From Octopus bimaculoides (lineage: Eukaryota), in the NCBI RefSeq assembly GCF_001194135.2, contig NC_068982.1:31083916-31147915 (forward strand): a DNA stretch of 64,000 bases, given 5' to 3'. Positions 51,180 to 64,000 of this stretch are shown one piece after another (position 1 is the stretch's first letter; the number at the start of each line of letters is the position of its first letter). Below the pieces are notes generated by a model. It did not search any database, was not told the DNA's origin, and saw only the letters and a list, made by a program, of their open reading frames with translations. A program made the position numbers and the translations under genes.

Positions 51180-53278
51180 TATGCATCCGTGATAATCTCA
51201 ACGATTCTATGAGGTGAAAAGATTAGAAAACAACACCATTTTCACAAAGAGCCTACTTGGCAAGTGCGTGTTCAAAAACCGAATTCAGCTACTTATGTCT
51301 AACAAAGAATGCTTAAAAGACCTTAAGTTTGACAAGAGTATCAAACCAACAAAAATCCGAGAATTAAAGAAAAATATATTATGAAAACTATGCTTGACGT
51401 CGATACCACCATAGAAAGTATGAAGCGAAAGGTATGTGCTAAAGCTGCCCGCATAGTAAGGTATGTAAAGCGCGTTAGATTCTCCAAGGACAATAACATG
51501 TTGAAAAATAACCCAAAACATATTTACAGGAAGATAGGATAAACACCAGTTACAGTAAAGTCTGTCCCATCAAAAGAAGGAGTTCAGGAAGTTTGGAATA
51601 AAATTTGGGGAGAAGAAAATGAAAAGACCCTTGGATTGATAGAATATCTACAGACTTAGAATCCTTAGAATAGCAAAATTGGGATGGTATCAAGATAGAG
51701 GATGTAAGATCTGAACTCAGGAAGTGAAGCAAATGGAAGCCTCCTGGAAAGGATAAAATTCCTAATTTTTGGTTGAATGCCTTCCCAGAGAGCCATGAAC
51801 TGCTAACAAAACTTTAAAATAATGTTTAGCAACAACCTATTATGGTTCCCTCTTCGCTAGTTAATGGTGTTACATTCCTACTTCCAAAAAATGAAGAAAC
51901 AAATGAACCAAAAAGTTATAGACTCATAACCTGCTTAACAACAATGTCTAAAATACTAACATCTGTCTTGACTGAATATACCTATAGTTTTTTAATAGAA
52001 AGTGACATATTCCCTAATGAGCAAGAAGGATGTAAACATGGGTCCTATGGTTGTAAAGATCAGCTACTCATCAATAAGATGATCTCGGAAGACTGTCACA
52101 AACGAGACAAAAACTTGTCGATAGCCTGGATAGATCAGAAGTTTTTGATAGTCTATCACATAGCTCGATTAAGAAATGTCTGGAGATGTAAGAATTTCAT
52201 GTGGCATTGTCCAGGGAGACTCTCTGTCACCACTCCTCTTTTATCTAGCCTTAATGCCTCTCACGAAATTGCTCAATGATGTACAATATGGCTATAAAAT
52301 GTTTTATAAAAATATAAATCATCTCATTTACATGGATGATTTAAAGCTCATTGCAAAAAATGACCAACAACTACAGGGCTTACTGGTGATTGTTAAACGA
52401 TTCAGTGATGACATCAGGATGCAATTTGGCCTCGATAAATGTGCAAAGCCCACGTTTATCAAAGGAAAAATGATAGAAACATCCAACGTTAATCTCGACC
52501 AGCAGAATGTTATGAAGGAGTTAGAACCAGCGGGGAGCTACAAATACATAGGTGCATTTGAAGGGGACAGAATCAAACATTCAGTGATGAAGGAAAGGGC
52601 CAGAAGAGAATGTTATTGCAGAGTAAGGGCAATATTCAAGACAGAGCTGAATGCAAGAAACAGGATCGAAGCGATCAGTACTTTAGCTATACAGGTCCTA
52701 ACTTTACAGTATCAATATCATTAACTGGTCAATTACTGAACTTGACAGTAAAATACGAAAATCGTTGACAATGCACGGAATGCAACAACCTAAGGCAGAA
52801 ATAGAACGACTTTATGTGCCAAGAAATGAGGGTGACCGTAGACTTTTACAAATGGAATTAGCAATGAAGATTGCCACAGTTGGCCTAGACACCTACCTGA
52901 AAAACTCTGATGATTGGATATTAAAACTTGTCTCAAAGCATGGAAACAAGAAACACAGTAACAAAATAGGCAAGGGAATATCTATGTGAATTCCAAATAC
53001 AGCAAATTCCAGAATTAACCGTACTAGAAACAGGCACAGAAGAAGCTAAGCGTATGGAAATCCGTGCTAAAGTTGCTGCATTAGATATTCTTACTGATAG
53101 ATGGCACCAAAAACCTCTCAATGACAAATACTTAAAGAGGGCTAATAGCGCCGATGTTGTCAAAGCCCTTACCCATCAATAGTTAGTGTCTTCTGGCTTA
53201 AAATCAGAAACAGAAGGGTTTACCATAGCAGCCCAAGACCAATGCCTACCTACAAGGAACTACCAGACCAACATAATA
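51180..53278 (+). mobile_element. R4/Dong-like non-LTR retrotransposon, disrupted RT
   Basis: PKSYRLITCL, EQEGCKHGSYGCKDQLLINK, GIVQGDSLSPLLF, HLIYMDDLKL (52329-52340), FGLDKCAK, RLYVPRNEGDR, GLKSETEGFTIAAQDQCLPTRNY. Confidence 0.92.
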
Positions 53279-53279
53279 G

Positions 53280-55020
53280 ATATAAAAAGGAAAGTAGAAG
53301 ATAGAGATAATATCTCACCAACAGATAACGTGCCCAGTGAGAAAAATGGAAGGCGACAGCGAAGGCATAGAGCAAGGTGTAAATGTAAATGCATTCTCAG
53401 CAAATGAAGCAGAAATAATAGGAAGAGCCATATTACAAGAATACGATGATGACCAACAAGACATAGTGAAGACGCTGTGCCGATATATTTGAGGAAACCA
53501 AGATCAAGCAGCCCCCAACCTGATGTTCAGTGATCGATGAAAGCTCAAAGTTGAAACCGAAAAAAGATTCGGTTCTTGGACTATTCGGAAATGAGATCTA
53601 TGACTGAAACGAACAAGTCTGTTTGGGCTGCATCTGTGGTTGCTGCAGATACAGTTGGATACAAAATGAAAGAAAAGACAAGACTTAAGAGACCATTCTG
53701 GCGTAGAGGATTTTGTGAGAAACAAAGTTAAAATGACATTTAGGACAAGCTGTTAGATTGAGAAGAGGGGGATGCAGAACGAAAGCATAAGAATAATGTC
53801 AGGAAGAACGTATAGAATAAGAGATAAAGGTTATGATGTGATACTGGAAGAATTGAAACAAAGAGTAGTAGCAATCAAAGCAAAAGTGGAAAGAAATGGA
53901 AATTAAAAAAAAACAGTTCAGGCAAAACAAATTGTTTGAAGCAAATCAGAAGAAACTATTTCAGGAACTAGATGGGCAAATACACGTCACAATGATACCA
54001 GATGCAGAGGAGAGCAAGGCATTCTGGAGAGAGATCTGGGACCAACCTGTAGAGCACAATGATGAAGCAGGATGGCTGCATGAAATCCAAGATAGGTTAA
54101 GAAATATAGAAGTCCAGGAAGACATAAAAATAACTACAGAAATGATAAAAAAGTAGTTAAGAAAATTTCCAAATTGGATGAGCCCAGGACTGGATGGTAT
54201 TCAAGGTTATTGGATGGTGAAGCTCACAGGATTCCATGAAAGGATAGCACAACAGCTACATGAGTGCTTGCAGGAAGGCACAGTACCTAGCTGGATGACA
54301 AAGGGAAAGACATTATGTGCCAAGGATCTTGAAAAGGTAAATGCTGCATCCAACTTTGGATCAATAACGTGTCTCCCCTAATGTGGAAACTAATGTCAGG
54401 TGTTTTGGCTGGTGAACTGTACAGATACTTGGGAAAAAGTAGGCTACTACCCATTGAGCAGAAAGGGTGCCGAAAAAGGAGCCGGGGAACGAAGGATCAG
54501 ATCTTAATTGAACAGCAAGAAAAGACAAACAAATCCGAACATGGCATGGGTTGATTACCGCAATGCATACGATATGATACAGAGAAAATGAAAAGCCTTA
54601 TACGGAGTAGCATGAAATGCTGGTGAACGGAGTTGACAGCTGGGAAGCAAGTACCGGAAGAGGTTAAAATCAAGAGAGGAATCATTCAAGGAAACAGTGT
54701 GTCCCCACTGATATTCGTGCTGGGAATGATCCCCTTGAGTGAAATACTACAGAAAACAAAATTGGTGTATGATCTGGGAAGTGGCATGGGAAAACTAAAC
54801 CACTTGCTATTCATGGACGAACTGAAGCTATTCACAAAAACTGAGGCACAACTGGACAGCATAGTCCAGTCTGTGCGGATTTTCTCCAGTAGAACTGTTA
54901 CAAAAGGTTTCCCTTAATGGCACGACCAGAATAATCAAGAAAGTATTACATAACATGGCACCGCTAGCTGCAGTTAGTAAGCCCGCTACGCATCCAAGAC
55001 TCCAGGAGCTCCTGTGATAA
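53280..55020 (+). mobile_element. Second R4/Dong-like subfamily, internally deleted
   Basis: [72 protein letters not shown] (54810-54821), then jumps to C-terminal GTTRIIKKVL. Ends at (GAT)n(AAT)n. Confidence 0.88.
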
Positions 55021-55023
55021 AAA

Positions 55024-55098
55024 GATGATAATGATAATAATGATGATGGTGATGATGATGACGATGATGATGATGATGATGATGATGGCGATGACGAC

Positions 55099-55153
<55 letters not shown>

Positions 55154-55154
55154 C

Positions 55155-55213
<59 letters not shown>

Positions 55214-55219
55214 GTAGTA
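55024..55219. repeat. (GAT)n(AAT)n compound microsatellite
   Basis: Direct reading. Confidence 0.95.
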
Positions 55220-56008
55220 GCCTTCAGTTGAAGAAATTAAATCATGTACTTCAACACAGATGTTCCGGAGTTATGATGGCAGGAAAGGAGGAAAAAATAC
55301 AGCTTTTCAAGATATAAAAAGCAAAAGTAAATGAAAAGAAAATCGAAAGAAAATCCTGAATAATAGAAAAGAAGAGACTTTCTCGTGACGATTGAAGTAC
55401 TAGATGCGTTTAACAAATATAGAAAACAGTTTAGAAAATGTCTAGAAGTAGAAATAAATTTTGGAACAGCTCCAAAACACTGTTTCTCTTGAAACAGGCA
55501 CAGCATTAAGAGCACTCGATTGCTAACAGTGTGTTATAGGATTACATGTAACAATTAATTTTAAGGAACGTAATCTCGTAAAGATACCAAAGACGTTGAC
55601 AAAATAAGGAGAAGAATGAAAACGAACCTTGCTCAAGATAATAAAGTTGTTGATGGTGATGAGGATGTTGAAGAGAAAGAGGAGATGGTAGAAGGGAAGA
55701 AGGGACGGAGAGTGAGAATAAAGAGATGTGATGAATCAATATGTTGGAGAAAGTAATGCGACAAATAGCGCTGGATTCCAGAGTCGAGAGTGAGAGAGGG
55801 GGGGAGAGGTGGCGGAGAGTGGCTGCTCGTAGTAGCTACACCTGTTGAATATAGCAGCTCTATTTCTTTCTAATCACACTATAGGTCTTTTTTAAAAGGT
55901 CTGGCACTTTACATAATGTAGCCTGTTACCTTTAAACAGAACAATCATCACGGATGGTATACTTTTCATCTTAGACCTTCACAATCTATGTTGACCTAAG
56001 ACTTAGAC

Positions 56009-56391
56009 GTTATTGGCACTCCGTCGCTTACGACCTCGAGGGTTCCAGTTGATCCGATCAACGGAACAGCCTGCTCGTGAAATTAACGTGCAAGTGGCTG
56101 AGCACTCCACAGACACGTGTACCTTTAACGTAGTTCTCGGGGATATTCAGCGTGACACAGTGTGACAAGGCTGACCCTTTGAATTACAGGCACAAGAGAG
56201 ACAGGATGTAAGAGTGAGAGAAAGTTGTGGTGGAAGAGTACAGCGAGGTTCGCCACCATCCCCTGCCGGAGCCTCGTGGAGTTTTAGGTTTTTTCGCTCT
56301 ATAAACACTCACAACGCCCGGTCTGGGAATCGAAACCGCGATCCTATGACCGCGAGTCCGCTGCCCTAACCACTGGGCCATTGCGCCTCCA
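56009..56391 (-). mobile_element. SINE family D, full length
   Basis: Reverse complement of 29703-30092, with a clean head tggaggcgcaatggcccagtggttagggcagcggactcgcggtcataggatcgcggtttcgattccc. Confidence 0.92.
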
Positions 56392-56654
56392 CTGGACTTA
56401 GAAGTAACCACACAAAAGCAATAAGACTTGCATATTAGTGCAGCTATGCTGCTTAAGCGCTAATATTGAAAGTGTCCCCTCGCAACATAACATCATCATT
56501 TTAGAATAGTGAATTTTTTAAACATTCTTCCGCTATACAGATAGAGTGAACTCAGGAACAATGTCGATGATACAACGGTGAAGACCATTTTCTCCTCTTT
56601 CCTATAACGATGTATACGTATGAAGGATTACCAACCTACCTAATTTACTTGATG

Positions 56655-56724
56655 GGAAGACGGACGAAATGGCGCTAAACATTTTGCCCGGCGTGCTAAC
56701 GATTGTGCCAGCTTGTCGCCTTAT
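56655..56724 (-). mobile_element. SINE family B head fragment
   Basis: cattttgcccggcgtgctaacgattgtgccagcttgtcgcctta. Confidence 0.7.
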
Positions 56725-57899
56725 ACCTACCAGATAATGATAAGAGAAAACGCCGGAAGTTATTTGACAGACTATACAAGAGCGCTATTAGCATGAAAGT
56801 ACTAAGGGAATTTCGATAACGAAGGTGGTCAATGGTTCATAACAGAATGACAGAATGTTATTCTCTTGCACCGAATATATCTATTAGCACTTGTTAAATA
56901 ACAACGAATGAAATGGAGAAGAATGATGAATATATTCAAAGATATGTGTATAAGTAATAAATTAATTCATTTTGAAGCTTTACTGCAATTTTTAGCTGAT
57001 ATGAATATAATATTGTAAATATTTATATGATGGGTGATTAGAAACAAATAAGACAAAATAATAAACAATACGTTTCAAAATCGTATAACTAAGCTCAAGA
57101 CTAAAAGAGAAATGCATATCTTGAATTTAGTACATGAATTAGCGACGGATGGAATATGCAAAATCCCACGTCATCACAAATAAATATACTGGAAATCGAT
57201 GAAAATGATAATCTTAATACAGCCCCTGATTTTGTTATTCACAAATAAAGCGGAAAATGAAAAATAGACGCCATAGGAATACGTTTTCATAACAAGTGCG
57301 TATTTTCCAGCTTTACACGATGCAAAAATAATTTTTAAAACGAAATTACGATATTTTTGTACCAAGTATGGAGACCAATAATTATTATGTAACACTAACT
57401 TGGATCTCGATAGGCTAGCTAATTTAAGAAAATACATTCTGAAAATCTAAAGAATATCAGCCACACATATAGGTTTTAAAATAGACATTAGATAACGAAA
57501 ACGAAAAATATTGGAGGAAAGCAAAGAGATTGATAATGAATAGAAGCTAAGCCACAAAGATAAATCTACCATGTGAAAACAAAGAACTTAAAAGAAAAAA
57601 TATCAAATCCTAGAACATATAATATAAATGATCAAGAAAACCAGAACCAGAACAACTCTCGCAAATTAATGCTATGAATAGAAAGTAATATGAGAAAGAT
57701 TTAAGAATAGAAAATCGCGTAGATGGTAAGTTGGTATATATTAAGAAACCTAAAACTGGGACTAGCTAAATAAGTGTAAACGCCAGGTCTTCCGTTGAGG
57801 CATAAGGAAGAATGTCACAAGAATAAAAAATTATGAGAAAATATCAAAAACAACACTTGATTGGTTATCGAAGACTTAATGAAAACGTATCAGAACAAG

Positions 57900-59770
57900 C
57901 AAAGCAATGTATCCAGGGGCCGCGAAATTTAGGAAAGAAAGTGGTACTCCCTATGATATACTCATTTAGGAATATCATGCCTGTAATGTGAAAAATTCAT
58001 TATCCACATCGAGAAATGAAAAAAAACTTTAAAAAAGTTGTTCACCCAATACTTAATGAAAACAATAACAAATTGTCAGAATTCAAAATAAGGAAGATAC
58101 AAATACTAAATAATTATCGTCAAATAAAAAATTACAAGACATGAAAGAACGCTTGTAGCAATATTTCCTTGTTTTATTTCAAAGACTCTGTCGTTTTGAA
58201 GAGCGATAACAAATCTTTGAACAAAATACACAGTTCGACTCGAGATTATTTGATCAAAAACTAGTTAAAAATGAAATTAAAATCAAATCAGAGTGACTGC
58301 AAGAGAAGATGAAGATCACTGAAGAAACATAAGGACAACGAAGAAATAAGCACGGACGAGTGTGTTCAAAACAAAAACACACACACTACTAATCTTATGG
58401 AGGAAGGCATATAATTTACAATGTAGCGTAGACCACATCACAAAAAGACAAAAACAAAAAAAGTAGAAACAAATTGGAAGGTAAAAGAATGTTATAAAAT
58501 TCTAAAAGCCTGGTTGAAATGTTTAAGAAGCACACATAAATCGCTAGCAAAATTATTAACAAAGCTAAAAAAAGAACGTCTTGTTCATTGAGGGGGAAAG
58601 CATCTTAATTTCCATGACTAAAGAAGCAGTAAATCCTAAAAAACTGCAGCTCCATAACATGGCTTCCTTTGGTTTACAAAGCCTTAAATGCATTAATATT
58701 GTAGTGGTTGAACAAGTAGCTGGAAAAAAAATATATTTTCTGAAGAATTGAAGCGATGCTGAAAGTTTCTTAGAGTTGTAAATAACATGAGCTGATCAAG
58801 AAAAACATGAATCGAAGACTGTTGAAGTAGAAGGAAGATTTTGAATATAGCATAGATTGCCAACTCGAAGGCTTTTGCCAGTAGTTCCTACAATTGGGTG
58901 TTGGAAGCCTTAGCCATGAGCAAGGTAATACCGATAATAATCATATACTTTAAAGCAATCCGCAGTAAAGAGCAAATATGTTTGCAGAAACTAAAAACTA
59001 ACAACCAAAAAAAAATTATATTAAATAATAGTATTATCTGTATTGGGAAATATATTCTCCGTTTGTTCTTGGTGCATATTAAGCCGACATGTTAAAAAAG
59101 GGAGTCCTCAGATAAAAATACTATTCTGTGTATAATGAACTATCTTTTGTAAATGGATGATCTGAAGATGTAGATTGCAGATATTGAAAAAAAATCCCAC
59201 ACATGCCGAAAATAGAATTACTACCACGAATAGTTTAGGGGACTTTAAGTATTTGAAGTTATTTATTCAGAAATATATATCAAGACAACTTGAAAATCAA
59301 AAAGTTTTAAGAACATTAATGTTCTTAAAATACTATAAAGTAATCCATAACAAAACGAAGGTAAATAAAACTCCGATAGTAAAAATAGTGAAAACACTAA
59401 ACAGAGCTGAAGTACCAACGAAGACTCTCAACTATGGCGGAGGAGAAGTAGGTGGCTGAAAGAAGAAATTAAAGCTTTCTTGATTGCCCAAAGAACCAAA
59501 GGCACACCACCAAAAGGTAGCAAAAGTATTTGATAAGCAGACTGTACAAACTACTGAATATGTGGGAAGAAGGAATTGACATCTGTGGCTACTCTATCTT
59601 AGTCAAGAGAGAATACTTACACAAACATGACTAATTTAGGATTACGCTCATTAGACGTTATGCTATCACTATGAAACACTGAAAAAAAAAAAAAAGAGAT
59701 GGTGTACACCAGATAAGGTCTCCGAGAATATCAAAACAACCATTCTCTTAAGATATGCCAATACACATGA
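57900..59770 (+). mobile_element. Very old R4/Dong-like copy
   Basis: YLL*MDDLKM at 59141-59170, AFLIAQ near 59475, and a CGK...REYLHKHD-like stretch near 59560-59630. Confidence 0.6.
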
Positions 59771-60414
59771 CTAGATACCAACATGAAAATATGTGAAAAG
59801 AATGGTCGTATATAAAAGAAACATAGAGATAGAAAAACAGGTAACAAAGATAAAAGGCGTTGTGAGAGTCAGAATGTCAGACGAAGACACCATAGCGGTA
59901 TTGTTGGATGATGGTAAGGCGACAAAGTTGAAGGAAATATTTGGTGAAAGAACTGAATGTATGGCGATGAAAGCGCAATACGATGAGATGACAACGGTAA
60001 TATACTTTGCGGAATTGGATTTTTTCTGGGAAGACTAAAACAAGGTAAAACATAATTGTAGTAAAGCATGATAAATACTGAACAGTTAGAACAGTAAAAT
60101 GAAACTTTCCGCTTTGGGGAGTGGGAGCCACTTCATCACCATTCATTAAAAATTCATAAATCCTTCATTTTCATTTTATATTCCCCATGTGCGTCTTTTG
60201 TTTTGTTCCATTGTATTGTCCCACTGTACACTCTGTATAAAATGGCTTTATGCCAATAATAAAGAGAATACACACAACTAGAGAAACTAATCGTTCCGTT
60301 ATTGTTGTCAAGGGCTACAGAAAAAAAATGCTTCATTTAAGTTCCAACAGATGTGAATACATTTCTAAATGATATTTATTTAAGAATACATTTCGGAAGA
60401 AATTTATCTAAGGG

Positions 60415-61288
60415 CGTGGTGATATCAATAAGTTTCTGGACTGTTACCGTAGTAACGAAACTAAAGCATGTTGAGTAAAGCTACTTGGCACAGATCGACC
60501 TTAAATTTTGCTGTGCATACCCACTAAGTTTTAACCTTCTAGCTCACTTCCATTATTTACAGAAGTGCTTGAAAGTAACATGTGTAACGTCACACTGACC
60601 ATGACAGAAAGTTGAGCAGAGAATCTGGATCAAATATTGCGCCAAAAGCTTGGCGATACCTGCTCAGAGGCCAACGCAAAGTTTTTAAAAACTTGTCATC
60701 GTTCTCGACACAATCAAGGAGATCTTTTACAACCAAAACTCGAGTGTCTTTGTGGATAACTGAAATCAGTTTTGGCACAAACTTGGCAGACACGCCTCTC
60801 ATACCCAAACCTCCAGTGATAATGGACTGAACTGAACCGTAACTAATCTGCACATCCCCTGATTACTCACGGATGGTGATTCGACGATTTCCTCTCACAG
60901 CTGTACGCACATCTGCGATGTTTTTTTCTTATTTCTGCTGGTTGCGTTCTCGTCACTATCGACATTTTTCGGCCACCTTAGAAACGTCTGAACCACTCAC
61001 ACTTTTTTGTGCGGCTCATACATTCCGCTTCATACACTTTGTGCAACTTTTTGTAGGCCTGTGAGAAGGTATCGGCAGGACAACATTTTCTGTCACGGTC
61101 AATGAGACAATCACACGCTACACATCTCTATTCCAAGCACTACTGTAAACAGTGGAAGAGAGCTACAACTCTAAAAATTAGTGTGCATGCACAACAGAGG
61201 TGACAGTGAATCTGTGCCGTGCGACTTTACTCTGCGTGCTTTAGCTTCGTTACTATTGCAACAGTCCAGATACTTCTCGATCAGCCAT
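60415..61288. mobile_element. Mariner foldback derivative made of two 5' ends head-to-head
   Basis: Left arm (+) has TIR-like cgtggtgatatcaataagtttctggactg, 5' UTR and MTE.VEQRI.IK....KLGDTCSEA. Right arm (-) has the homologous UTR plus YKKLHKVY...EWFRRF...ISYGSVQSIIT..LGMR.VSAKFVPKL...NDDKFLK. Confidence 0.88.
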
Positions 61289-61290
61289 GC

Positions 61291-61598
61291 GGTTGCACCT
61301 AGAAAGTTACCCTTCCAGGCATAAGTCTGGGAACGGTTGTTTATGGAAGACCAGCAGTCGCCCATGCATACCAGCCTCCCCTCTCTACGCCACCAGTGTT
61401 CTCCAAGGGCAAGGCAAAGCGGTCGATTCAGCTTGGCACCTGTGACGTTGCAACTCATTTCTACAGCTGAATGAACTGGAGCAACGTGAAATTAAAGTGT
61501 CTTGCTCAAGAACACAACACGCACCTCGGTCCGGGATTCGAACTCACAACTTCATGATCGTAACCCCGACGCTCTAACCACTGAGCCATGCACCTTCA
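61291..61598 (-). mobile_element. SINE family C, full length (tRNA head, CORE-like central segment)
   Basis: Minus strand: tgaaggtgcatggctcagtggttagagcg...gagttcgaatcccgg...gtgttcttgagcaagacacttta. Confidence 0.88.
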
Positions 61599-61760
61599 CA
61601 GACCTCGTATAATGTTTTGACAATAGAGATAATCCAAATAGGGATCTGAAAACAAAAAAAGTTCGTATAATATAAGTCTTGGGAAAGATAAAACAGCATG
61701 CAGTAAAAAAACAGCAAAATCCCTGCAACTTACAAATATGAGTACCAAACAAAAGATAAA

Positions 61761-61990
61761 AAGGTGAGCTGGCAGAAACGTTAACGCGCCGGGCGAAATG
61801 CTTAGGGGTATTTCGTCTGCCGTTACGTTCTGAGTTCAAGTTCCGCCGAGGTCAACTTTGTCTTTCATCCTTTCGGGGTCGATAAATTAAGTACCGTTTA
61901 AGCACTGGGTCGATGTAATCGACTTAATCCCATTGTCTGTCCTTGTTTGTCCACTCTATGTTTAGCCCCTTGTGGGTAATAAAGAAATAA
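61761..61990 (+). mobile_element. SINE family B with alternative tail 2
   Basis: Head and core as family B; tail ttaatcccattgtctgtccttgtttgtcc...agccccttgtgggtaataaagaaataa. Confidence 0.92.
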
Positions 61991-63199
61991 TACTGGGAGA
62001 AACTTGACAATTAGCAGAAAAGCGTAAGATTATTTCAGTCTCCACTGAGTGCAGTGCCGGAAAATATTTTAATACTCATTAAACGCTAGAAGACCATGCA
62101 CGTTAGCGGGATTTGAACGCATAAATAAATGTTTTTGGTAATTGACAAGATGAATGTTGCTGTAGAGAATACTTTTGAAACATTTGTTTTAAATTAATTT
62201 GGTAACTGAAATAATCAAATGTACTATATACTTGACTGACTCAGCAGTTAAGATTAAAAAAATAACTATAATGTTGTTACTACTGTCTCTGGACGTGCTA
62301 CTTTTGACTTTATACACTTAAAATTTTAATTAATAGATCTTCTGGTCAAATTGTATTTATCTATGGAACTGAAGGGTATAAATTTAAATTACTTAGAAAT
62401 CATTTGAAGCACAATGAATTTGCTTAATTTAAAGTTCAATCTTCCATTTTATCTCCTCTGTTATCTCGTCTCAATGTTTATGGCTACCTGAGTTAAGAAA
62501 CAGATGGAAGAGGTAGAAGGAATACGATTTTAAAGTGATAAAAGGGTTGTTAGACAAGAATAAATGCAAAACCCAGCAAAGATGGTTTTGGTTTCACAAA
62601 GGCAGAAACAGAGCAGGAATGAGAGGGGAAAAGAAAAAGATAAAGAGTGTCTATAGGATGGAGTATGAGTGTTTATCTGGTTAAGTGAGAAGCGATGGGA
62701 TTGACTGAAAGTAAAGAAGTAAGAGGACAAATAAAAAAATGGGAAGAGATAGTGTATGAGTCGATGGAATAGGGACGACAGAGAAATAGTAGATCAAGAG
62801 AGTATTTGGATGATAATGCAGCATATAATGAATGAAATAAACTAAAACAGGAGAGAGCGCAAACATAAACTATGTATGAAAATAGATCTGTTCGTTTGAA
62901 AGAAATAAGTTAAGAATGAAGAGAATAAAAATATATGTTTTTTTTTTTAAATAGATGAAATCGATAATGAATAATTTCTAGAACAAAATAAATAATTGTC
63001 TAACTCCAACTTTAATGCTTTTCTAATTGGAACAGGTCATAGCTAGCTATTCAAACATTATCTATCTCTCGTTCAAACCTTCGCCAGAAAGAGGAAAGAG
63101 GAAAGGTCAAGGGAAAAGTAAAAAATAGTTCAAGAAAAGCATGTGTGTGATAGAATCGCTGAAGTGACCAGATGTATATATATATATATATTATATAGA

Positions 63200-63410
63200 T
63201 TCCAATATGTGACTGCGTGTGCATCGTTGAGGATTTTCTTTCTCTGTCTTCCTTTCTTTGGAATTTTCCTATATTTCTGACGAAGAGATCCGCTCGAAAC
63301 GTTAAATCCTCTTTCTTTTCTTTCATTTCCTGAGCGTCCAATACCACTGTACTTATTCCACGTCCACGCGTTCTTGTTTTTTTTCATGTTTTTTTCTAGC
63401 TTGTTCATGT
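63200..63410 (+). mobile_element. Penelope-like end between (TA)n tracts
   Basis: Pyrimidine-rich, contains an HHR at 63273-63307, flanked by TA repeats. Confidence 0.6.
63273..63307 (+). ncRNA. Minimal type I hammerhead ribozyme
   Basis: Stem I ATTT/AAAT; CTGACGA 63277-63283; extra A; stem II GAG/CTC with loop ATCCG; GAAA 63296-63299; AACGTT palindrome; predicted cleavage after GUU at 63303. Confidence 0.65.
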
Positions 63411-63419
63411 TTGAATCGA

Positions 63420-63420
63420 C

Positions 63421-63495
<75 letters not shown>

Positions 63496-63541
63496 TTGTG
63501 TGTGTGTGTGTCTGTGTCTGTGTCTGTGTATATATATATAT
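63420..63541. repeat. (TA)n(TG)n microsatellite
   Basis: Direct reading. Confidence 0.95.
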
Positions 63542-63730
63542 GGGAGAATTTACGAAAAACACAACAGACGAAGACAGGTGGCGTAAACTGTAAATGGATG
63601 TCTTAGTATAACGCTCGAGAATAGACCAAGTTTTTGACGTTTCGAGCCTACGCTCTTCAACTGAAAGGAACACACATAGAAACAAGGAGAAAAAAATATA
63701 AATGTAGTTGTCAGCGATCTATCATGGCGA
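63541..63730 (-). mobile_element. Penelope-like end with degenerate HHR (63631-63666)
   Basis: Minus strand: cttt-CAGTTGA-A-GAGC-gtag-GCTC-GAAAC-GTC-aaaa. Core carries two changes from CUGAUGA. Confidence 0.55.
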
Positions 63731-63969
63731 ATATTCATACATATTTGTAGATAGTGTTAAAATCCAAGGTTTGTCCTATTGAAGTATATCTGCTTATTTC
63801 AGCGTATAGATGTTATATTTGTGAGAGATACGCATAAGAGTTGAAAATACTGGAGAATATTTTCTGCAGAGTAATATTATCAAAACAGGAGATTAGAAAT
63901 GTTTTTAGTATTATTTATTCACCATATATTACTCAAGGATACCAAAAATTTTTCCAATCTCCTCTTATG

Positions 63970-64000
<31 letters not shown>

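Overview
AT-rich, repeat-saturated animal genomic DNA with many assembly gaps. The repeat landscape (tRNA-headed SINEs, RTE, CR1-like and R4/Dong-like LINEs, Penelope-like ends, mariner relics, dense microsatellites) resembles an octopus/cephalopod genome. That assignment is from recall, not a search. I find no host protein-coding gene I can support. Every recognisable protein fragment is a disrupted transposon ORF, and the long ORFs in the track are N-gap or microsatellite artefacts. The most interesting signal is a set of minimal type I hammerhead ribozyme (HHR) motifs. They fall at 13637 (inside a tRNA-headed, Pol III-type SINE with an inverted 5' end), at 26172/26744/27217 (a same-strand cluster whose helix III palindromes differ in sequence but stay palindromic), at 63273/63631, and in partial form at 15445, 24449 and 46621. 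Palindromic junctions accompany several of these Penelope-like ends. Also notable are a 5S rRNA-headed SINE sharing a tail with a tRNA SINE, a head-to-head mariner foldback element, tandem SINE arrays with two alternative tails, and an R4/Dong graveyard tied to (AAT)n tracts. All folds and alignments were done by eye.
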